Source: Clostridia bacterium
GTDB lineage: Bacteria; Bacillota; Clostridia; Clostridiales; Clostridiaceae
Direction of reading: 5' to 3'
Assembly (NCBI GenBank): GCA_009930125.1
Contig: RZYZ01000001.1
Location: forward strand, 1 to 42,390
Length of the DNA stretch: 42,390 nt
In this document: positions 1 through 7,638 of the stretch, piece after piece
Numbering within the stretch: the stretch's first letter is position 1
How the letters are laid out: the number at the start of each line of letters is the position of its first letter
Position numbers and translations under genes: made by a program
The notes under the pieces: generated by a model
Told to the model about the DNA's origin: nothing
Seen by the model: only the letters and a program-made list of their open reading frames with translations
Database searches by the model: none

Positions 1-117
1 AAGAGTCTGGCCATGTCCAACACATTCATCCATGGAATGGAAACAACCATCATCAAGAGTGATGTGGTGATTTATGCCATTGTACTGCTTGGAATTATCA
101 TTTACCTCGTAACCTAA
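1..117 (+). CDS. 3' end of an upstream Mrp/MnhD-like (complex I subunit 5 family) membrane protein (partial)
   Basis: Frame 1 is open to TAA at 115-117 (KSLAMSNTFIHGMETTIIKSDVVIYAIVLLGIIIYLVT*). The KSDVxIY plus hydrophobic tail matches the C-terminus of the next gene (KSDVFIYGFMLLLL). Confidence 0.7.
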   Translation, partial: KSLAMSNTFIHGMETTIIKSDVVIYAIVLLGIIIYLVT

Positions 118-132
118 AGGAGGGACGTATAA

Positions 133-1986
133 ATGAATACAGCACGAGCGATTATCCAGCTATGGCTGCCTGTGATCATAATCATGCTGACGATGATTGA
201 AATTCTTCTGATCCCTCTTTTAAGTGGAAAGAACAGAGGGGTCAGGCGGTTTTCTGTGCGTATAGTCATCCTTCTTACTACGATACTGATGATTTCCATC
301 TATCCTGAGGTGCTGGCAGCTCCCACAGAGTATGAGATCGCAAGAGTATTCGGGAATGGCATAATCTTCAGGATTGATCTATTGAGCCTGGTATTCATGA
401 TCCTGGCAGGAATCATCTTTCTGGCTGTCAGCTTCTATACCTCTGTAGATATCAAAGGCTGTGGGCGAGAAAGAAGCTTTTACCTGTTCTTCATGATCAC
501 CTATCTGGCTACCATTGGCACCCTGATGGCTGGTGATCTGCTCAGTTTCTTCATGTTTTTTGAGATTGTGACTTTTGCCTCTTTTGCTTTGATGGTCCAT
601 GAGAGGGGACAGAAGGTCATTGAAGCGGGAAGTATCTATATCTATTTCGGTATTTTCGGTGGATTATCCATTCTGGCAGGTATTCTGGTATTATCTGCCT
701 ATACCCAGAATTATGAATGGATCACCATCGCTGAAAAATTCGGTGAAATAGGCAATGTCAAATATGTTTCAGCGGCTTTCTTCATCACCGGATTTGGCGT
801 GAAGGCAGGGATGGTACCGCTGCACCATTGGGTACCGGTGATCTATCCGAAATCCCATATCTCAGTGAATGCTTTGTCTTCAGGTATCCTCATGAAGTTA
901 GGTGGATATGGCATTGCAAGGCTCATTGTATCCGTCATCAGTTCGACAGAGGCACTAGAAGAAGTGACAGTGAACAGGGTGCTGGTCACACTGAAAGACA
1001 TCGGTGCTGTGGTCATATGGCTTGGCATCATTACCATGGTTGTAGGCGTCATAGCAGCGTTGGAACAGGAAAAAATGATCCGTATGCTCGCTTATCACAG
1101 CGTAAGTCAGATGGGATATGTCATTATGGGCATAGGAGTTGCTGCCTATCTGGGATACGATGGTGCCATGGGATTTTCTGGAAGCGTATATCACATGATC
1201 AATCATGGTTTGTTTAAAGCATTGCTGTTTATGGTCGCAGGAGTAGTCTTCTTCAGAACCAGAGAAAAGAATATGTACAATCTGGGAGGTCTCTGGAGAA
1301 AAATGCCCATCGCAGCAGCGGCAGGCCTTATTGCGGCGTTAGGCATCACGGGAATGCCTTTACTTAATGGGTTTGCAAGTAAATCCATTCTGCATCATGC
1401 AATCATAGAAGCATACGAATATGGACATCCTGCCTTCAGGTGGGCAGAGTATCTTTTCACTTTTGTCAGTGCATGTACTGCAGCTTCATTCATCAAGCTC
1501 TATTCCCATGTTTTTCTTGGACACATGCCTAAGAAATATAAATATGTGAAAGAAAAATATGATACGGGAACCATTGCCATGATTGTGCTTTCCGTTCTGA
1601 TTCTTGCAATTGGACTTCTTCCAAATCTGATGATGGATCACTTCATCATACCGTCAGCCAGGTCACTGAATTTTGATGCCTACTTCATAGATAAATATCT
1701 CGTTGACATGAACTTTTTCAACAGCAAGGATCTCTTGTCTATGATAACTGTATACAGTGCCGGATTTATTATCTATATTGCCGGTATAAAATTCAATCTG
1801 TTTCATTTTCATTTACCGAAACAACTTGATTTTGAAAGCGAGTATTATGCTCCATTTTATGAACGTTCCGGAAGATTCTTACGAGGGATATTACGTTCAG
1901 CAGAAAAATACATCAATAAATCGGATGTGTTTATCTATGGATTTATGCTTCTACTCCTGATTCTGCTTCTGCTTAATTTCCTGTAA
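133..1986 (+). CDS. Proton-conducting membrane transporter, MrpD/MnhD-NuoL/M/N family (Na+/H+ antiporter subunit)
   Basis: 617 aa, many TM segments. Motifs FFEIVT, GFGVKAGMVPLHHW, LAYHSVSQMGY, HMINHGLFKALLF, GMPLLNGFASK. RBS AGGAGGG upstream. Confidence 0.88.
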   Translation: MNTARAIIQLWLPVIIIMLTMIEILLIPLLSGKNRGVRRFSVRIVILLTTILMISIYPEVLAAPTEYEIARVFGNGIIFRIDLLSLVFMILAGIIFLAVSFYTSVDIKGCGRERSFYLFFMITYLATIGTLMAGDLLSFFMFFEIVTFASFALMVHERGQKVIEAGSIYIYFGIFGGLSILAGILVLSAYTQNYEWITIAEKFGEIGNVKYVSAAFFITGFGVKAGMVPLHHWVPVIYPKSHISVNALSSGILMKLGGYGIARLIVSVISSTEALEEVTVNRVLVTLKDIGAVVIWLGIITMVVGVIAALEQEKMIRMLAYHSVSQMGYVIMGIGVAAYLGYDGAMGFSGSVYHMINHGLFKALLFMVAGVVFFRTREKNMYNLGGLWRKMPIAAAAGLIAALGITGMPLLNGFASKSILHHAIIEAYEYGHPAFRWAEYLFTFVSACTAASFIKLYSHVFLGHMPKKYKYVKEKYDTGTIAMIVLSVLILAIGLLPNLMMDHFIIPSARSLNFDAYFIDKYLVDMNFFNSKDLLSMITVYSAGFIIYIAGIKFNLFHFHLPKQLDFESEYYAPFYERSGRFLRGILRSAEKYINKSDVFIYGFMLLLLILLLLNFL

Positions 1987-1988
1987 TC

Positions 1989-2044
1989 AAAAAAGAAATC
2001 GTACTATCTATGATCTTCATGATTAGATAGTGCGATTTCTTTTT
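1989..2044. terminator. Bidirectional intrinsic terminator
   Basis: Stem AAAAAGAAATCGTACTATCTA / TAGATAGTGCGATTTCTTTTT directly after the stop codon at 1986. Confidence 0.8.
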
Positions 2045-2306
2045 GATTTTCAGAAGGAGAGTAGGGGATATGTTTGACAAAATATGTATTTGTATGGAGA
2101 ACAGTATCTCGGAGTTTTAAATGATAAATTTCTGTCTTCTTCCCCAAATAGTATATTGAGTATGCCTGGATTTTGAAACGAATACGTAGCTGGAGTTTTG
2201 CTGTAATTTCACGTTGCAGAAAAAAAGATTTATTGTAATGATCGCTAGAACACAGTGTAAATGTTTCATAAAATGAGAGGGGAGGAGGGGATGCCAAGAA
2301 TTATTA

Positions 2307-2334
2307 AGTATACTCAATAAATATTATGTAAAGT
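2307..2334 (+). other. dif-like site (XerC/XerD-type, 11-6-11)
   Basis: AGTATACTCAA TAAATA TTATGTAAAGT. The right arm matches the B. subtilis XerD/RipX arm TTATGTAAACT at 10/11, and the spacer resembles TATATA. It is intergenic, next to a xer gene and at the orientation switch. Confidence 0.6.
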
Positions 2335-2351
2335 TGAATTCTTTAGAATTT

Positions 2352-2404
2352 AAAAGAAACACAATATATAGGTACGATTAACAATAATTACATCTATATA
2401 TTGT
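2352..2404 (-). terminator. Probable terminator of the xer gene
   Basis: Inverted repeat ACAATATATAG (2361-2371) / CTATATATTGT (2394-2404), followed by GTTTCTTTT on the minus strand. Confidence 0.55.
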
Positions 2405-2409
2405 TCAGT

Positions 2410-3393
2410 TTATTCATCAGCCAACGGATTTGCGTTGACAGCTTCACGGAGTGATTCATTATCAACATGGGTATAGATCTGTGTGGTTGATACATTTTCA
2501 TGTCCTAGGATCATCTGAAGACTTCTGATATCAACTTTACCATGCTTATACATCAGTGTAGCAGCGGTATGTCTTAGTTTATGCGGGCTGTATTTTTCAT
2601 CGGTTAAACCAGCATGCTGCACATGTTTCTTCACCAGAATCTCCACGGTTCTTTTGTTGATAGGTCTACGGTGGGTGGACAGAAACAGGTAGTCTTTGTA
2701 CTGGTCATCCGTTTCGGTTTTGGATCGGATTGTCATATATTCATTGAGACTAGATATACATGCATGATTCAGATATACAACCCGTTCCTTGTTTCCTTTA
2801 CCGATTACAGTAAGTGTATCTTCTTTGATTTTACTGATTCTGATGCTGACAAGTTCTGATAAACGGAGTCCGCAATTTAAAAATAAAGTCAATATACAGT
2901 AGTCGCGCTTGTAGTTGATATTTTCTTTGTCCATTGATCTCAGCAAGGACAAGCTTTCATCAAGGGTCAGATATACAGGGTTTCTTTTCTTGATTTTAGG
3001 CCTTTCTAATTCTACAGTTGGATCTTTATCGATGATACGGGCTTTGACGGATAAGTATTTAAAAAAAGTTTTGATACAGGCCGTTTTTCTAGCACGTGCA
3101 TAGGTAGAGTTTTTACGTTTCTTATCTGTAAAAGATAGGAACGCATAAATTTCGGATAAAGTTATTTTCCTTAAGAATTCATCATCGATATCATGGATGA
3201 GGATTTCATCGAATGGAATATCGGCAGGAACAAGTCTGCGATGCATTTTGATGAATCTGAAGAATAAACCCAGATCATAACCGTAGGCTTCAATGGTGCT
3301 GTCTGATTTTCCGCGTATGGTACTGGAATAGTTCAAGAAGTCCAGGACGCGTGCGGGGTAAACTTCATAATAAGTAGTGTTATTATCACTCAT
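2410..3393 (-). CDS. xerC: Xer-family tyrosine recombinase (XerC/XerS-like)
   Basis: Full catalytic set present: GLRLSEL (R), GKGNKER (K), HKLRH (HxxR), LGH, TTQIY. N-terminal SAM-like domain (KSDSTIEAYGYDL). Start taken at MSDNN (3393); the ORF extends to 3402. Confidence 0.88.
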   Translation of the reverse strand: MSDNNTTYYEVYPARVLDFLNYSSTIRGKSDSTIEAYGYDLGLFFRFIKMHRRLVPADIPFDEILIHDIDDEFLRKITLSEIYAFLSFTDKKRKNSTYARARKTACIKTFFKYLSVKARIIDKDPTVELERPKIKKRNPVYLTLDESLSLLRSMDKENINYKRDYCILTLFLNCGLRLSELVSIRISKIKEDTLTVIGKGNKERVVYLNHACISSLNEYMTIRSKTETDDQYKDYLFLSTHRRPINKRTVEILVKKHVQHAGLTDEKYSPHKLRHTAATLMYKHGKVDIRSLQMILGHENVSTTQIYTHVDNESLREAVNANPLADE

Positions 3394-3467
3394 AGATACC
3401 ATCCTTAAATGTATATTCCAGAAGGGCGATTTCGGTCAAAAAGCATGATTTTCGTTTCTCTATCTTA

Positions 3468-3496
3468 ATTATATCGCATTAAATTCGCGAAATCAA
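3468..3496 (-). promoter_or_regulatory. SigA-type promoter of xer
   Basis: Minus strand TTGATT (3496-3491), 17 nt spacer, TATAAT (3473-3468). Confidence 0.7.
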
Positions 3497-3509
3497 CATT
3501 TCGCGAAAT
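3482..3509. other. 28-bp palindromic 11-6-11 site; candidate recombinase target or operator
   Basis: AATTCGCGAAA TCAACA TTTCGCGAAAT. The arms are 10/11 complementary, and the site overlaps the xer -35 box. Confidence 0.6.
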
Positions 3510-3976
3510 AAAATATATAGAGAGAAATGGACTCCGAAAGCCCTCTTCTATCCTTTTCAGGAATAATAATTGTTAAAAATGGGTTCTTAAATGATGCTCA
3601 GGCACCATTCTTTACCGGATCGTATCTCTGCAACCGCATCTTACTACAAAGTCTGGCTGCTTAGGATGTTCTCCCTCTGTGTCGCTGTCATATTATTGAT
3701 CCTGGCTGAATAATTCATACTACCAGTTTCTGTATGCTCAATAAAATAATTGCTAAACAAATTACTGTTTCCTTTTGCGATTTACGCTATACAATTAAAA
3801 GTGCTTGATATTTACAGATATATATTCTTCTTGAAAAACCACAAAAATGATCAAAATAGTGCCAAAATCCCGAAGAAGTTCGGGGTTTTTTCTTCTGAAA
3901 GTATGTTAGCATTAGTATCAAGATAAGTTGTTCATCAGCTTATCGGGTTTTACTTCAATCCATCACGCATATATTT

Positions 3977-4023
3977 AGACAACAGCTGGAACGGGATTCC
4001 CCCCTTCCAGCTGTTGTCTTTTT
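3977..4023. terminator. Intrinsic terminator hairpin
   Basis: Perfect 15-bp stem AGACAACAGCTGGAA / TTCCAGCTGTTGTCT just beyond the stop at 4038. The T-run is on the + strand. Confidence 0.7.
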
Positions 4024-4037
4024 GAAAATATAGTTCA

Positions 4038-5558
4038 TCATTCGCTAAATATGGTCAGATTCTCTATACCGATGACTTTATATGGGATTGCAAAAGTTAC
4101 AGGTGTTCTTTCATCCTGATTGCTCTGTATGGATTCACTTGCAAAGTGGATATCGGTTCTGTTCAGTCTGAATGCCAGGCTTTCCATAAGCTGATCAACA
4201 AACTCGTCAGATCTTTCGACACCTCTGGGAATCGCTCCGATCAGTACTTTTCTGATCAGTTCTTTATAGTCGAAATCGGGCCGAAACAGTGATTCCAGCG
4301 GCACGATGGTTCCATCCTCTTTAAAAGTCATGTACTCCTGAGTAAAGTTGAATTGCCCATCATGGTAGTTTTTCATCTTGCTGAAGATGATATAATCACC
4401 GATGGAAAATGCAGTGGATTCCTGGTAATAAAACTGCTGGTGCTCCCCTTCTGCAACGTCTTTGATTTCTCCAATGTTCAGTTCAGAGAATTCAAGAAAC
4501 TTTTTCTTCAGGCTGCTGGATAGATCCGGTGGATATCGCATCTCTTTATGGACATCAATACCTTCTATAGGAGTTACGGAGTTCTCACCTTCTATGCGTT
4601 CCTGAAAATTACTGATGAGTATGTGTTCCCGTGGAGTGTCGTTTTCAAAAATGGACGAATCTTCACTGTAAAAACGTTCTTTAATGGCTAATATATCCTC
4701 CAGATCCTTATAGGGAATGTTGATGGTCACCGGATAGTTTCTGGTATCAAATTCGGGTGTATCATAGTCGAAAATCAGCATCAACGCGTTTTCTGTCAGA
4801 TTGAATTTCTGGTCTTCCTTAAGCCCTGTAAACGGCCCTGTAAGGGTTATGTATCCAAAGTCCCTGCCATACTCCTCTGTGGCTTGCTGATGGCTCAGAT
4901 AATCCGATACAAGGCTGTTCAGGGTATTCAGATAATCCGAATCACTCAGAAACAAGTCTGACAGCTGTATCTCTTCTCCTGTATGAAGATCCAGAGTCAG
5001 ACTGTCTCGAAAATCCACGTATTCAGTGTTTAGACCAGACGCATCAGTGCTGTATGTTCTTGAAACGGATGACATCACTGAAATGATGTCATCGTAGCTG
5101 AAAATCAGCTGGGTGGATACATCCTGATTCAGGATTGTAGATTCTTCAGGAATCAGCCTTCGTATGCCTCTATAAGGAGGTATCTTCATCTCTTTGAGGC
5201 TTATGTGATGCTCCAGGATTTTCTGGTTGATTTTCTCTTCCGTGGATTTATCTTTGAGTCCTTTGATGGCGAGATTGAACTCCCGATATTCAGGACTTTC
5301 TGTTTTATCGGTTAATACTTCTATCGGTGGATTGGCTATGAGGTAAGTCGTATGTACAGGACCTGTCACTTCACGAAATGGAGATATATAGGCTTCTCTC
5401 CCCTCCTCGCTCACCGCAGGAGGAACTCTAGAGGTCTCAATGGGGTCTTTGTCGGTGGAGTTGCATCCCCCGCTAACAAGAAGGACTACGATCATCCATA
5501 AGCAGATGGTAAAATGTTCGATTCTACCGATTTTATGGTTTTTCTTTGACTCTGACAT
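4038..5558 (-). CDS. Lipoprotein with DUF4163/DUF3298 (RsiV/PdaC-like) domains
   Basis: Lipobox-like LVSGGC. Motifs EKINQKI, TLDLHTGEEIQLSDLF, FNLTENALMLIF, INIPY, and a second repeat DGTIVPLESLF...FAIPY. RBS GAGGAGG. Confidence 0.65.
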   Translation of the reverse strand: MSESKKNHKIGRIEHFTICLWMIVVLLVSGGCNSTDKDPIETSRVPPAVSEEGREAYISPFREVTGPVHTTYLIANPPIEVLTDKTESPEYREFNLAIKGLKDKSTEEKINQKILEHHISLKEMKIPPYRGIRRLIPEESTILNQDVSTQLIFSYDDIISVMSSVSRTYSTDASGLNTEYVDFRDSLTLDLHTGEEIQLSDLFLSDSDYLNTLNSLVSDYLSHQQATEEYGRDFGYITLTGPFTGLKEDQKFNLTENALMLIFDYDTPEFDTRNYPVTINIPYKDLEDILAIKERFYSEDSSIFENDTPREHILISNFQERIEGENSVTPIEGIDVHKEMRYPPDLSSSLKKKFLEFSELNIGEIKDVAEGEHQQFYYQESTAFSIGDYIIFSKMKNYHDGQFNFTQEYMTFKEDGTIVPLESLFRPDFDYKELIRKVLIGAIPRGVERSDEFVDQLMESLAFRLNRTDIHFASESIQSNQDERTPVTFAIPYKVIGIENLTIFSE

Positions 5559-6429
5559 AACCTGCCTCCTCTACCATGGCCTGACCTTCTTCTGAAAGCA
5601 GATAGGAGATCATTTTACGTACAGGGCTGTCCGCTGGTTCATCATTACGTATAACGGCATAATAGGCTGTTTTGAGCGGGTACTCTCCTGATGTGATGGT
5701 CTGAGGGTTCGGCTCAACACCGTCGACTTCAAGGAGCTTAACACGCTCATTGCCCCACATTTCGCTGGTATAGTAATAATAGGAGTATCCGAGACCATCG
5801 GGACTATCTGTATAAGCCGCAACAGAATCAATGAGTTCACCCATACCTGCTATGGTCTGCTCTATAGGGGCTTCCATTGGCGTCAGATCCTTCATGACCA
5901 GGTCAAGGAAACCTGTCTGACTGCCAGAATTGACGGGTCTCTGATAGGCGATGATAGCCATATCAGGACCACCTACCTGTTTCCAGTTATCAATCTTCCC
6001 GGAATAGATCCTTCTGATCTCTTCCAGACTCAATCCGGAAACAGGATTGTCTTTTCCGATGAGAAAAACGAAGGCTTCACTGACGATGGGAACCACTTCC
6101 AGTTCCACGTCATGGTTTTTCGCCATTTCCAGTTCTTCTTCAGACGGACTGGTGACGAAGATGATGTCTGCATTCTTTTCGATGAGATTGACATACCCTT
6201 CATGGGTTTTGTTGTGAAGGATATATTGTCTTGCTTCTTCCAGTGGCAGAGCCATCAGCCGGGATGCAAGCATTTCTGAAAGCGGGATAGTCACAGTGGA
6301 TCCGTCTACAACCGGATATGTCTCAGGTGTGAAGGACAGTTTTTCAACCTCCTCTTTGACGTCTGCACATCCTGAAATAATGAATACTGATAGAATGAGT
6401 GCAATGGTGATGAAGCGCGTTTTTCTCAT
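5533..6429 (-). CDS. PstS-family (PBP) substrate-binding lipoprotein
   Basis: Lipobox IISGC. Motifs DGST, EAFVF..NPVSGLSLEEIRRIYSGKIDNWKQVGG, RPVNSGSQ, VDGVEPN..ITSGEYPL. Confidence 0.8.
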   Translation of the reverse strand: MRKTRFITIALILSVFIISGCADVKEEVEKLSFTPETYPVVDGSTVTIPLSEMLASRLMALPLEEARQYILHNKTHEGYVNLIEKNADIIFVTSPSEEELEMAKNHDVELEVVPIVSEAFVFLIGKDNPVSGLSLEEIRRIYSGKIDNWKQVGGPDMAIIAYQRPVNSGSQTGFLDLVMKDLTPMEAPIEQTIAGMGELIDSVAAYTDSPDGLGYSYYYYTSEMWGNERVKLLEVDGVEPNPQTITSGEYPLKTAYYAVIRNDEPADSPVRKMISYLLSEEGQAMVEEAGYVRVKEKP

Positions 6430-6462
6430 GAATAATCCCCCTTTAAATCTCTTTATATCATA

Positions 6463-6510
6463 AGAGTTTCAACAGAATTCGCTTTAGAACATCCTTCCTG
6501 TTGAAACTCT
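6463..6510. terminator. Inverted repeat, probable terminator
   Basis: 13-bp stem AGAGTTTCAACAG / CTGTTGAAACTCT between the chagasin-like and PBP genes. Confidence 0.5.
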
Positions 6511-6516
6511 GTTTTT

Positions 6517-6939
6517 TTACTGATTCACTTCAGCGATGGTTCCGTCCTCGTTGACACTTACAGTATACTCCACATGATCTTCTGCAGTTTCTTCGCCTTC
6601 CCAGGATTTGAAGTAATCAAAGATGATGGTAGCTTCCCCGGCACTAAGATCTTCAAATTTGCACTCATGCATCCCGCCCCCTCCTACAACTTCGGGGTCT
6701 TCTGAATCTTCCATATAACCATCTTCAACAAGATGGATTACATCAGTATCCGAAATGGTGTAACTCCAGCTGAATCCGGTTGTGGGGTTTTCTTCAAGCT
6801 TGATGATCAGTGTTTTTCCTTCAATGCTTACAGCACCGGATGAGCCATCAGGAAAGAGTAGTGAACATGCGGTAAGAGATGACAAAAGAACAAAAGCAAA
6901 AATCAAAGTGCTCAGCAATTTCGTTTTTGTTGTACTCAT
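6517..6939 (-). CDS. Protease inhibitor I42 (chagasin family) lipoprotein
   Basis: Motifs ENPTTGFSW, VGGGG, FDYFKSWE. Lipobox LTAC. Start moved to MSTTK (6939), after AGAAGGGTG. Confidence 0.8.
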   Translation of the reverse strand: MSTTKTKLLSTLIFAFVLLSSLTACSLLFPDGSSGAVSIEGKTLIIKLEENPTTGFSWSYTISDTDVIHLVEDGYMEDSEDPEVVGGGGMHECKFEDLSAGEATIIFDYFKSWEGEETAEDHVEYTVSVNEDGTIAEVNQ

Positions 6940-7042
6940 TTTTATCACCCTTCTTTCTTTGTGTTTAGAATATATCAAAATAAAGCATCACAAAAGATAC
7001 AAATCCATTAATTTTAGAACTATCTGAAAACTATTGGAATGA

Positions 7043-7077
7043 AAAAAGGCATCTCCACAAATGCAGAGATACCTTTC
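7043..7077 (-). terminator. Terminator of the nfeD-floA operon
   Basis: AAAGGCATCT...AGATACCTTT hairpin with a T-run on the minus strand. Confidence 0.6.
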
Positions 7078-7086
7078 AGTGCTATA

Positions 7087-7623
7087 TTATTTTCTGTGAT
7101 TCAATACCTTCGGTCTATCCAGTATTTCTTTCCATATTATGCCCTTCTGCGCTTCAGAAAGACTGATCACCAGTGGTACTGACGAAGCGGTTCCGGATTC
7201 TTCTGAAACCCCGTCATCCAGCATTTCGAGCTTAAGCGCATCATTTTCATCTGCATACGCTTTCTCTCTGGCTTCTGATTCCATCCTTCTTGCCTTCTCG
7301 TAAGCTTCTACAGCTTCCTGCTCGGCTCGCTTCTTAGCTTCTTCCAGTTCCATCTTCGTTAATCGCTCCACATCCATGGTTTTGCGATCTTTAAGAACCT
7401 CTTCACCGGCCAGCATATTGAAAAGCGAAGTAAGACCATCCTGAAGGTTTTCAGGCTTTTTCATCTCGTTCATTCGTGTCTGAACCGTTGCAGAACGAGG
7501 ATTACTGGATAGATTCTTGTTGGGATAGTTGGTTGCTGCTGGTCTTTTTGTCTGGGGCTTTTTACTCTTTCTGGTTAAAGAAGAGATCACGCCGAAGATC
7601 ACCAGCATTACAATAAAATCCAT
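7087..7623 (-). CDS. Membrane-anchored hypothetical protein (YqfB-like last gene of the floA operon)
   Basis: N-terminal TM segment, charged coiled coil, and C-terminal AQKGIIWKEILDRPK motif typical of floA-adjacent proteins. RBS AGGAGG. Confidence 0.65.
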   Translation of the reverse strand: MDFIVMLVIFGVISSLTRKSKKPQTKRPAATNYPNKNLSSNPRSATVQTRMNEMKKPENLQDGLTSLFNMLAGEEVLKDRKTMDVERLTKMELEEAKKRAEQEAVEAYEKARRMESEAREKAYADENDALKLEMLDDGVSEESGTASSVPLVISLSEAQKGIIWKEILDRPKVLNHRK

Positions 7624-7638
7624 AGGAATCCTCCTATC

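Noticed and set aside
2070-2320. Tiny ORFs after G-rich SD-like runs (MFDKICICMENSISEF at 2070-2120; MPRIIKYTQ at 2291-2320)
   Set aside because: Too short, no evident promoter, and the second runs into the dif-like site; the purine runs may be polar terminus motifs or chance.
2410-3402. Recombinase as a prophage or ICE integrase
   Set aside because: About 330 aa with no arm-binding extension, and no xis, phage, conjugation genes or tRNA att site nearby.
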